From: Octopus sinensis
Lineage: Eukaryota
NCBI RefSeq assembly: GCF_006345805.1
Contig: NW_021832376.1
Span: forward strand, 42,956-106,955
Direction: 5' to 3'
Length of the DNA: 64,000 nt
In this document: piece by piece, positions 24,001-36,600 of the stretch
Position numbering within the stretch: position 1 is the stretch's first letter
Layout: each line of letters begins with the position of its first letter
Made by a program: the position numbers and the translations under genes
Notes under the pieces: generated by a model
Told to the model about the DNA's origin: nothing
The model's database searches: none
What the model saw: the letters and a program-made list of their open reading frames with translations, nothing else

Positions 24001-26888
24001 TATTCATGATTTCTCATTGTAGATTGTTCTTTTATGTTTAGAGTAAGGAGTATTAATATTAAGTCCTGGGAATATGGGTTCAAATTCAGTCAAGGTTGAC
24101 TTTGCTATTCATCCTTCAGGGTTGATAAAATATGTACCTATTTCTTTATTACCCACAAGGGGCTAAACATAGAGGGGACAAACAAAGACAGACATAGGTA
24201 TTAAGTCGATTACATCGTCCCCAGTGCGTAACTGGTACTTAATTTATCGACCCCTGAAAGGATGAAAGGCAAAGTCGACCTCAGCGGAATTTGAACTCAG
24301 AACGTAACGACAGACGAAATACAGCTATGCATTTCGCCCGGCGTGCTAACGATTCTACCAGCTCGCCGCCTTAATAAAATATGTACCAGTTGAATACTTG
24401 GGTTGATGTAATCAACTTGCCCCTTACCCTGAAGTTGCTGGTCTTGTGCCAATATTTGGAATCCATATCAAGTCTTGGGAAGGCGGCAAGCTGGCAGTGT
24501 TGTTAGTGGAACCAGGCAAAATGCTTTAAAGCATTTGATCTGTCTTTACACTCTGGGTTGATTTTGCCCTTCATCCCTTTGCGGTTAATAAAGTAAGTAC
24601 CAGATGAGCACCGTGGATGTAATCAGCCTACCCCCCACCAATTGCTGGCCTTGTGTTAAAATTTGAAACCAACATTGTCTTGGAGTTGAATGGCTTAACT
24701 ATGTCCTTTCCATCGAAATGGGTTGTTTATACTCTTTCTTTTTCAAATTAGTTAACTTTATCCCTTTCCTCAAAATTGGGTTAACAATACCTATTCCTGT
24801 AAAAGGCCGCAAGCTGGCAGAATCGTTAGCACACTGGGCGAAATGCTTAGCGATATTTCGTCTGCCGTTACGTTCTGAGTTCAAATTCCACCGAGGTCGA
24901 CTTTGCCTTTCAACCTTTCGGGGTCGATAAATTAAGTACCAGTTACTCACTGGGGTTGATGTAATCGACTTAATCCCTTTGTCTGTCCTTGTTTGTCCCT
25001 CTATGTTTAGCCCCTTGTGGGCAATAAAAAAATATATACCCATTCCTGTAGAATTGGGTTATCCATATATACCCTTTTTTTTCAGTATTATCACTACACA
25101 ACTCTCATTTCTCCTCACTGTCACACCATACTTCCTACACACGTACTTCTTTATTACTAATTAAACCAATTAGAAAGCTAATATTAACAATTCTAGAGGC
25201 TGCAAGCTGGCAGAATCGTTAGCATGCTGGGCAAAATGCTTAGCAACATTTCAGTCCATCTTTTATATGTTCTGAACTCAAATTCCACTGAGGTCTACTC
25301 AACAAGTCATCCTTTTAGGGGTCAATACAGTCAACTTCCCTGCTCACTTGAAATTGCTGGCCTTGTGCCAAAATTTGAAACTGATATAATTAATTCTGTC
25401 AGTAATGAACATACTCTCACTAGCTCCAATTATTTTAGTTTGTGATGATGTTTAATTGGAACATTTGTTATTTTTCAATTTCTTTCAGTGGTCACTAGGT
25501 GTTCTCGGTCACATAAGTACAAAATATGCTGACCAGCGCAATTTACCAAGATCCAGCAGTCTCAATGAAGTCCTACAGCTGTGGATGACCTGTCCACCCA
25601 CGAAAACCTTGACCGAAGTGGCAACTGAGTGTTTTGCAGCCATGTAGGTGTTCTTTCTCCTTCTTCTCTACTTTCCTTTGCTACTGACACCATCTCTAAG
25701 ACACCACTTGGCCAGAGGTTTATATTTTAGTTTTCTCCTGGAAAAGAATTAATCCAGTTTTGACTGATTGAAGTAAAAACAATTCTGTTCTCTATTTTAC
25801 AGTTAATTCTTTTCTATTCTAGGCACAAGGCCCGAAATTTTAAGAGAAGGGAGCCAGTCGATTAGATCGAGCCCAGCACGCAACTGGTACTTAATTTATC
25901 GACCCCCCACCCCCCGAAAGGATGAAAGGCAAAGTCGACCTCGGCAGAATTTGAACTCAGAACGTAGCGGCAGACAAAATACTGCTAAGCATTTCGCCCG
26001 GCGTGCTTAACGTTTCTGCCAGCTCGCCGCCTGAGTTCAAATACCACCAAGGTGACTTCACCTTTCATGTTTTTGGGGTTGATAAAATAAGTACCAGTAG
26101 AGCATTGGGGTCAATGTTAAATGACTTACCCCACCCACTCCCGAAACTGCTGGCCTTGTGCTGGAATTTGAAACTAATCTTATGGAAACTTAGTATCATC
26201 TTCTGGGCTGTTGGTCATCATGTATGTTTGTGAAAGTCCCTTTAATCTCAGTAAAGTTCACACACAGTTGACCATCCCCTTCTCCAGTGTGTGGGTGGTG
26301 AGGCTTGGTTATATGGGGTGGCCATTGTCAATAATTCCACTCGTTTGAAATATAATTTCTCTCCTTTTATATTCTAGGGTGAGCAGTGCCCCCGACGTCT
26401 GTGTCGATGCACTACTAGAAGCTTCAGTACAATACTCTCCACACTTTGACTGGTTTGTGGCTCACATTGGGTAAGTCTACCTTAGTTTCCACTCAGATTG
26501 CATTCAATCTGGCCCTTCATGTCTCCTGTTGCCCCCCTCTCTCCATCTCTCTTTCTCTCTACACACACACAGACATATAATCACCGTCATCATTTTAACA
26601 TCATTTTTTTCCCCTATGCTGGCATGAATTCTTGAGGCATCATTCTATTGCAGGATGTCCTTCCTGACACCAACTTTAGTTGTCTTTTAAGTCAGCTGTG
26701 GAACATAGCCACCAAACCTTTTTCTATTTTCTCTCCCTGTTTATTTCTGTGTTCCTTTCTGTCAAAGAGCATAGGCTCGAAACGTAAAAGACTTTCTCAT
26801 TTCCCGAGCTTTGAACTAATACATCTGTTTGTTGTTTACACCACCTGTCTTTGTCTTTTGTTTTTTTGTAAATTCTCATTATATATAA

Positions 26889-26923
<35 letters not shown>

Positions 26924-27203
26924 TTATTTGAGGGAATAAAATCCAAAACTTACAAGGAAAAAAATTCAATTTAGAAATACTATATAAAAAATTAGAAAAA
27001 AACCCACCTTTTATCAATTCAAAATGAACAATTAAATTACATATATAATTATATACGTTTTTATTATTATTTTTTTGCAATTTACTTAATCGTTGACATT
27101 TTATTGTTATTTTAATTTAAATATTTCTATTATATGTAATTTTCTAGATGGTGTAATTTAATTGTTCATTTTGAATTGATAAAAGGTGGTTTTTTTACTA
27201 ATT

Positions 27204-27239
<36 letters not shown>

Positions 27240-30200
27240 AGTGAGTGGATAAATGAAAAAGAATGGTATTCAGTACTTTTGGTAGGAGTTACGTATGCTA
27301 TTTAACACTTTAGCATTTAAACCACCTACCATCTGGCCAAAGTATTCTACCTGTTTTATATTCGAACTGGCCACATCTAGCTTCTCACACCTACCCTACA
27401 ATGCCATTCTGAAAATAACCAGTCACATCATTGAAGTTTCAAAGCTACAACATAAATAAGCATTACAGTTTAAAGAGTGTTATGAATGCTAAAGGGTTGA
27501 TAACAATTTGATTTAGTTCCATGCAACTGAAAGTTTCATAGGTTTGTAAAATGCACCTAGTTCTTCGGGCTTGGGTTCGTTCTGCGAGCCAACAACAAAA
27601 AGTTGCATGGAACTGAATCAAACCGTTTGTTGTGTGCCAATTCTAAAAACTCATAGTTGTAATTACTATAGCTTCTGAAAGATTTCAAATATGTTTTTTT
27701 TTTTTCATCATCATCATCATCGTTTAACATCCGGAAGCCATGGAGGCTGCACCAGGCTCCAGTCTGATCTGGCAGAGTTTCTACAGCTGGAAGCCCTTCC
27801 TAACGCCAACTACTCCGTGAGTGTAGTGGGTGCTATTTTACGTGCCAGGGGAGGCTGGCAGCGGCCACGATCGGTTGGTGCTTTTTATGTGCCACCAGCA
27901 CAGAAGCCAGTCAAGGCGGCACTGGCATCAGCCACGTTCGGATGGTGCTTTTTACGTGCCACCAGCATAGGGGCCAGATGAGACTGGCAAATGGCCACAA
28001 TCGATTGGTGCTTTTTACGTGCCACCGGCACAGAAGTCAGTCAAGGCAGCGCTGGCATCAGCTACATTCAGATGGTGCTTTTTACGTGCACAGGTATCAC
28101 AACTACAATTTCCATTTGATTTTTTATTTTGATGTTGATGTACTTTCTCTCTCATTATTTATTTACAGCTCTTGTTTCCCAATGACCATCATTAGTCGGG
28201 TGTTGATGTGTGGCCTGAAAGATTTCTGCACCCACCGCAGCAAACGGCCATCGAGCGTACAAATGGTGCCGGACAAGAAGATTCCAAAACTGGCTTCAGT
28301 TGTTTGTATCCTTGGTCATCTTGCTTCGAAACACTGCCACAGTATACGGAAGTCTTTGATGAGTTTATTCCAGGTAAGTAGTTGCAACATGAGAAAAAAT
28401 GGCCAACTCAAGCTGTGAATGGATGAAACCTCATTGGTTTTGTACCAATGTCCCTTTTGTTGTTTGTCAGCATCATCATCATCATCATCGTTTAAACTCC
28501 GCTTTCCATGCTAGCATGGGTTGGACGGTTCAACTGGGGTCTGTGAAGCCATGGAGGCTGCACCTGGCCCCAGTCTGATCTGGCAGTGTTTTCTACAGCT
28601 GGATGCCCTTCCTAATGCCAATCACTCCGTGAGTGTAGTGGGTGCTTTTTACGTGCCACCGGCACAGGTGCCAGATGAGGCTGGCAAACGGCCACGATTG
28701 GATGGTGCTTTTTACATGCCACCGGCACGGAAGCCAGTCAGGGCGGCGCTGGCTATGGCCACGTTTGGATGGTTCTCTTACGCACCACCGGCACTGGTAT
28801 CACAGCTACAAATTCCACTGATGTAGCATGTATTGTATTTTTTGAGGGGCGGGGGCCAGTATGGTGCAGATTTGACCTTTGACCTTCTAAGCCAGTATAC
28901 TACCACTTACCCTCAGCCCCTTCTTCTGAAACTGTGTTCTGGGGACATGGATGTCTCCAGATGTCATGGGAAAATATTTTCAGTGAGATTCAGGATTTGA
29001 TGTTTCTCTGGAAGCATTTCTAAATGAGAGAACCTCTATGCTAGAAATAAGAGCTAATTCTTTCAAATTATACCCTACTGTCTTAAATAAAAGAAAGGCG
29101 ATATTGGACAACGTAGTGTTTTTACGATGTTTGTCTAAAGATTAAGGGATGATCACAGCTGTAATTCCTTTGATATATATGCACACCCATGTATATGTGT
29201 GTGTGTGTTTTCCTTGTTTTGATGTTGTTTGTATATTGCATGAAAATAAGATTACAACAATTCATACAGTGATATCATCATTTACTATCTGCTGCAAAAA
29301 CATGCCCGGCCATTGAGCCGTTCAGTGTTAGAAGGACAAAAGGAAATATAACCTAGCTTGGAAATAGGTAAGGGTTGGCAACTGGAAGAGCATCTGATCA
29401 TAGGAAATTTGGTTATTTTCAGTTTGAACGGCAGTTTGTAACATAATTTCTAGGTAACTAAAAAATTTTAAACTTCGTATACTGGTAGAATGTGTTTATA
29501 AAACATCGTTTTCTCTTGGCTTTATTGAGAAAATTCTATAGGTTGTAAGATATTTCGTCTTTAATTTCTTGCATTTCGGCAATTTTAACCAATCAATGAC
29601 GTCTATTGAGGTGAAAACATTCTGTGCCATATGAATATGTCCCTCGTTTAAGAAACAGATTGGGTTTATTTACATTTGTGAAGAAAAAAAGATACCCTTC
29701 CCCCACCCCTAACCCTAACCCTAACCCTAAAAGAGATTGAAATGCAATAGATCGATACTAGGGTCATAATTATGGGTGACAATTTCATGTGACACTGCTA
29801 GAGAAAATGGCAGTTTTTTCTAGCGGTGTCACATGAAATTGTCACCCATAATTATGACCCTAGAATCGATCTATTGCATTTCAATCTGTTTTAGATTTAG
29901 GGTTAGTTAAGGTTAGTTAGGGTTAGGGGTAGGGGAAGGGTATCTTTTTTTCTTCACAAATGTAAATAAACCCAATTTGTTTCTTAAATGAGGGACATAT
30001 TCATACGGCACAGAATGTTGTTTACCACAATGGACATATTTGATTGGTTAAAATTGCCGAAATGCAAGAAATTAAAGACGAAATATGTTACAAACTATAA
30101 AATTTTCTCAGTAAAGCCAAGAGAAAAAGATGTTTTATAAACACATTCTACCAGTATACGAAGTTTAAAATTTTTTAGTTACCTAGAAATTATGTTAAAA

Positions 30201-33200
30201 ACTGCCATTCAAACCGAAAAGACCCAGAAATTTTTCTCAATAAGTTTGTCCAACCCATGTTAACTTGACGTGTGTGTAAGTGAGAGAGAGAGAATCTTAA
30301 TGAGATCCAGTTCTTACTCATGTGTTTCATGTATGTTTTCAATATATCTACAGAACTGTTGGTAAGGTATAATAGTTTCTGTGACCTATATATATTTCTA
30401 TCTTTCTACAGGATAGCTTCCAGCCTGGTGCTAACATGTTGACACGACCAACGTTACCATTTCTCCTACAGCTGGCCTCTATGTCTCCGATGCTTCTTCA
30501 TATTCTCACCACAGATCTGGTGAAGACATGTAAGTCTTGATGGTTTTCTTCCCATTTACTGATCAATCGGAGAATCATGTGACTACACAAGGCTTTCTCT
30601 TGCACCCACTTTACACTCTTTCATATCATCTCACTATTCTCTCCCCCTCTCTCTCTCTATATATATATATATATCATCTCACTATTCTCTCTCTCTCTAT
30701 ATATATATATATAAAAGTGAAGTTGTGTGTCTGTCTCCTACGATTTAGATTCCTAACTACTCCCACATTTTGCGGTGCAGTTTAACCAAAACCGGGTATC
30801 TTATAGTTGTGATTCATATCGAGCCCTTCTGGGTATTAGCGCGCGTCTACGATGAGTCTACGATTTAAAAAAAAATTTACCATCATTTTTTTCCATTTTA
30901 ATGCATTTTTTCGCTACTATATAAGGGAAGTAACTCTCTAAAAATGTCTACGATGAGTCAACGATTTAAAAAAAAATTATTTATCATCATTTTTTTTCCA
31001 TTTTTAATGCATTTTTTTGCTATTTTTTGGCTATAACTCTCTAAAAATGCTTATATAGTTATTTCCCTTATAAACCCGAGCAACGCCGGGCGATACTGCT
31101 AATTTTATATATATATAATAATATAATATAATGAAATTATTGTATGTGTATATTTAGGGCTAAAAGACCACTATGTGGACAGCCATATGCTAGAAGTAGA
31201 TCACATACGCTCTAACTACAAAGAAAGAATGTTCTCCAGAGAAAATTCAGCCAACACCAGAACATAGGTGGGCAAGACAGATGAAAATTATATAAAAATC
31301 AGGAATTAATCGTATACTGGTTTCATCTATCACCGAATAAATTACATACGTAATCCTTTGTCCATAGAACTCATCAGTACGATCGTTCCAAAAACAATAT
31401 AATTTGCAAAACTAAACACCAGTTTTCTCTATAAAACTGGACATGTATATGTGTATGTATGTACAATTATATGTATTGTTACATATATATGTTTGCATGT
31501 ATGCATCTATGCACTGTGTATGTAAATGTGTGAGCAATTTTATGTATGTGTGTAGATATATGAGAGAGAATGTGTGAATTGTATGTATGTAGGTAGATAT
31601 ACGAGAGAGACTATGAATTGTATGTATGTAGGTAGATATACGAGAGAGACTATGAATTGTATGTATGTAGGTAGATATACGAGAGAGACTATGAATTGTA
31701 TGTATGTAGGTAGATATACGAGAGAGACTATGAATTGTATGTATGTAGGTAGATATACGAGAGAGACTATGAATTGTATGTATGTAGGTAGATATACGAG
31801 AGACTATGAATTGTATGTATGTAGGTAGATATACGAGAGAGACTATGAATTGTATGTATGTAGGTAGATATACGAGAGAGACTATGAATTGTATGTATGT
31901 AGGTAGATATACGAGAGAGACTATGAATTGTATGTATGTAGGTAGATATACGAGAGAGACTATGAATTGTATGTATGTAGGTAGATATACGAGAGAGACT
32001 ATGAATTGTATGTATGTAGGTAGATATACGAGAGAGACTATGAATTGTATGTATGTAGGTATAAGAGAGTATCTATGTTTTCGTGCGTGTGTATATTTGT
32101 ATGCATGTATATGTGTTTTTGTTTGTTCCTTCTTGAGCCATGCTTGGCTCATAAGGGCCAGTTTCCCCAGTTTTATTGGCGTATAGGTTCCCCACTTGGA
32201 TGGGACGCCGGTCCATCGCAGGTGAGCTGCAAGATGCAGGAAGAAAGAGTGAGAGAAAGTTGTGGCGAAAGAGTCAGCAGAAGTTTCGCCATTACCTTCT
32301 GCCGGAGCCATGTGGAGCTTAGGTGTTTCTCTCATAAACATACGCATCACCCGGTCTGTGATTCGAACCCGCGATCTCTCGACCGTGAGTCCGCTGCTCT
32401 AACCTATTTCTTTATTACCCACAAGGGGCTAAACACAGAGGGGACAAACAAGGACAGACATAGGTATTAAGTCGATTACATCGACCCCAGTGCGTAACTG
32501 GTACTTAATTTATCGACCCCCGAAAGGATGAAAGGCAAAGTCGACCTCGGCGGAATTTGAACTCACAACGTAACGGCAGACGAAATACCGCTAAGCATTT
32601 CGCCCGGCGTGCTAACGTTTCTGCCAGCTCGCCGCTGCTCTAACCACTAGGCCATGTGCCTCCACTATGTATACGTGTATGCACATGCAGCTAAATGTTC
32701 CTCCATCCACCTGATTCTCTCTTTCCTCCCATGTTAAACAGTTCTTACTGGTGTGTCTCTTCTCTTCTCTCGCAGTGTCTCCAACAGTCCTCAACAACCT
32801 TCATTCACAGTTTATTCCATGGAAATCTGCCAACAAGTCTGAATTCGACAAGTAAGTCTCTGTCACTTTGTCTGTCTCTATCCTCATTACTCTCTCTCTT
32901 TTTACTCTTTTACTTGTTTCAGTCATTTGACTGTGGCCATGCTGGAGCATCGCCTTTAGTCGACCAAATCGACCCCAGGACTTATGCTTTGTAAGCCTAG
33001 TACTTATTCTATCGGTCTCTTTTGCCAAACCGCTAAGTTACGGGGACGTAAACACACCAGCATCGGTTGTCAAGTGATGTTGGTGGGGACAAACACACAC
33101 ACACACACATACACACACATACTTACATACATACACACATATACATATATACGACGGACTTCTTTCTGTTTCCATCTACCAAATCCACTCACAAGGAATT

Positions 33201-33635
33201 GGTTGGCCCCAGGATATAGCAGAAGACACTTGCCCAAGGTGCCACGCAGTGGGACTGAACCCGGGGCCATGTGGATCATAAGCAAGCTACTTACCACACA
33301 GCCACTCCTAATTTTACCATTGTCAATATCTTCATCATTTATATCGTCAAGCTCAGTACTAATGTACTTAGTATAATGGTTATCTTTTCTCTGTTTCAGT
33401 CACTAGGCTGTGGCCATGCTGGGGCACTGCCTTGAATAATTTTTATTTGAAAGAATCGACCCCAGGATTTAATTTATATTTCTAACTCTGGTACTTATTC
33501 TATTGGTCCCTTTTGCCTAACTGCTAAGTTACAGGAATGTAAACACACTAACACTGGTTGTCAAGCAGTGGTGCGGGACAAACACAGACACAAAGACACA
33601 CACACATAGCTATATGTGTCTATATACATACATAA

Positions 33636-33672
<37 letters not shown>

Positions 33673-36600
33673 CATAAATATATATATATATACACACACA
33701 CATACATACATACATACATACATGACGTTAAATGATGATGATGATGATGATGTGTATATATATGTATACATACACACACACATGCACAATGGGCTTTGGT
33801 CAGTCTGAGATTATAGTAGAGGACACTTGCCCAAAGTGCCATGCAGTGGGACTGAACCCAGAACCATGTGGTTGGGAAGCAAACGTCTTACCACACAGCC
33901 ATGCCTCCACCCATGAAAAGTATCAAAAATTAAAATATTTGTAATTAAAATTACACCTATGGTGATGAGAAAGAATCATTAGTTTAATTATAAATTCTGG
34001 TCAAATAATGCAGGGGAGACAATCTTGAAATTAAAAATCTTGAAATTAAAAATCTAGTGTATTTTAACATGTATAACGAACCCTTTTTTGTCAAAAATTA
34101 GGTTAAAAAAATACGGGAGTTTCTTATACATGACTAGTATTATAATCCCTTACAAAACCTTTTTTTCAAATTTTAAACCCCAAAAATTAGGGGATTCCTT
34201 ATACACTTTAACATACAGTAATTCAGATTCCATTGTAATGTGAATGGGAGTTGTATGTGTTAAACATCTCCGATTGACAAGGGAGTGTTAATCACTGAGT
34301 AAATAAAGTGTTACACTGCAAACCTAGTGCTCACGAGTTCACATCCATTGTGGACAGTACGTAATTGTAGCTGTTACATTTTCTCTAGCTGTGGGAAGAG
34401 GATTTGTTAAATCTGTAAATATTGCTTGTAGATTTTTGTTCTATTCTCTGATTGTGCCAGCTCTTTCCATTCACTACCATTCATCATCATTTGATCATCA
34501 TCGTTTAACGTTCGCTTTCCATGCTAGCATGGGTTGGACGATTTGACTGAGGTCTGGCGAACCAGACTCCAATCTGATCTGGCAGAGTTTCTACAGCTGG
34601 ATGCCCTTCCTAACGCCAACCACTCCGTGAGTGTAGTGGGTGCTTTTACATGCCACCGGCACGAGGGCCAGTTAAGGTGGTACTGGCAGCGGCCACGCTC
34701 AAATGGTGCTTTTTATGTACCACCTGCACAGGAGCCAGTCCAGCGGCACTGGCAACGACCTCGCTACGAATGTTTTTCACGTGCCACCAGCACAAGTGCT
34801 AGTAAGGTGACGCAGGTAACAATCATGCTCGAATGGTGTTTTTTACATGCCACCGTCACAAAGGCCAGCTTGTTGCTCTGGCAACAATCTCACTCGTATG
34901 GTACTCTTAGCGCCCCACTAGCAACGGATGCCAGTCACCTAGTTTGATTTCGATTTCACCTGCCTCAACAGGTCTATTAAAACACTGTGTATGCAATTGA
35001 AATAGCATTAAATTATAATTGCCATCTGCATATCATACTCAATGTATATACATCATTAGAAGGCATGATTCTGTGGAATTGCTTGAAATAAAACCTCCTT
35101 GTAGCTTTATTGTGTTAAAACAAAAACCACATGATTCCAGCTTCAGTCCCACTGCATGACATCTTGGGCAAGTATTTTCTACTATAGCCATGGGTTGACC
35201 AAAACCTTGTAAGTTGATTTGATAGACAAAAACTGAAAGAATACCATCTGCCAGCATGGAAAGCAGATGTTAAATGATGATAATGGTGATGATGATGTCC
35301 TATAGATTTTCCGTATGTATAGTATATCTACCACTTGAACTGTTTATATTAACCGTATGCCGTTTGCTGTTTTCAGTTTCCTTCAGCTTGTGATCCACTT
35401 GATCATGAAAAGTGATGTTGGTGCTTACCAAGTCATAGAATTCCTTCTCAACTCAGCCTCTCCACTCTCCCCCAAGCATCAAGGTAATGTCTTCTTCGTT
35501 TCTACTTTCTACAAGACCAAGGGATAAACTTGGCCTAACACTGCTGATGTCTCAACAACTCAGCAATTGTTCTTAATCTGCCGTCCAAAAATACTTTGTC
35601 AGGATATTAATATATATATGTGTGGATATGCACATGTTGTTGGAGCAAATGTTTCAATCTTGATTTTGTGAAGTGTGAGTGAGACTGCAATGTATTGAGT
35701 TATGCTCATCATCATCGTTTAACGTCCGCTTTTCATGCTAGCATGGGTTGGACGATTTGACTGAGGGCTGGCAAACCGGATGGCTGCACCAGGCTCCAGT
35801 CTGATCTGGAACAGTTTCTACACAACATGACCAATGAGAAAGCAGAAAAGCCATTGCTCTCATCAGGATGAACTATCAACCCTTTCAACCTAATCTTCTT
35901 AATCTTCTATATTTGGAATGTGGTTGTTTTTTTAATTTGCTTGTTTAATCCTTCGTCAGCTGGAATCATAATGGATGAGCTATACATTCCTTTGCATTTG
36001 TACAATTTGGAGCCTCATTAAATCCAAGACCAAGTTTCCCAATGGCTGCTGTCCCTTGATGTTTTAAATCCCCTTCAGCGTTGGTTGGATGCAGAAAATG
36101 AGCAATGAGTAATTCAATAGGACCTCTTCTACTTGGTCAGGGCTGTTTTGTTCTCTTGCTTCAAGAAGACAACTTTTTGGAGTTCAGAACACAGATGATT
36201 CTAGAAAATTAGACAACAACAACAACAGTTAGCTTCTATGATAAAAACACCATCATTCCTACCACCACCACAACCATCAATAAATACATACTGAGACAGC
36301 TAGGCAAGTCATCATTTGGGCACTAACCTAAGAAAAGAGACTGTATGTGCCCTGCCAAAGCACAATCAAGACTCTGATATAGAACAATGGTTCTGCAGCT
36401 GTTGCTGAACTTAACACATGGGAGATGAAATGCCCAGTACCAATGCAAGTTGTCAAAAACTGGTGGTGATACTCAATTAAAATTTTGTCCGTTTGTTTAC
36501 AGGGGCTATGGAAGAGGAAACCTGCTGTAATGAGGTACAACAAGTCTGTAAATATTTCCTGGTAAGTCAATTCTCTCTTCATTGTTCTAAATACCATTTT

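Noticed and set aside
29707-29730. Telomere or chromosome-fusion scar
   Set aside because: Only about four TTAGGG units per arm, embedded symmetrically inside a foldback transposon.
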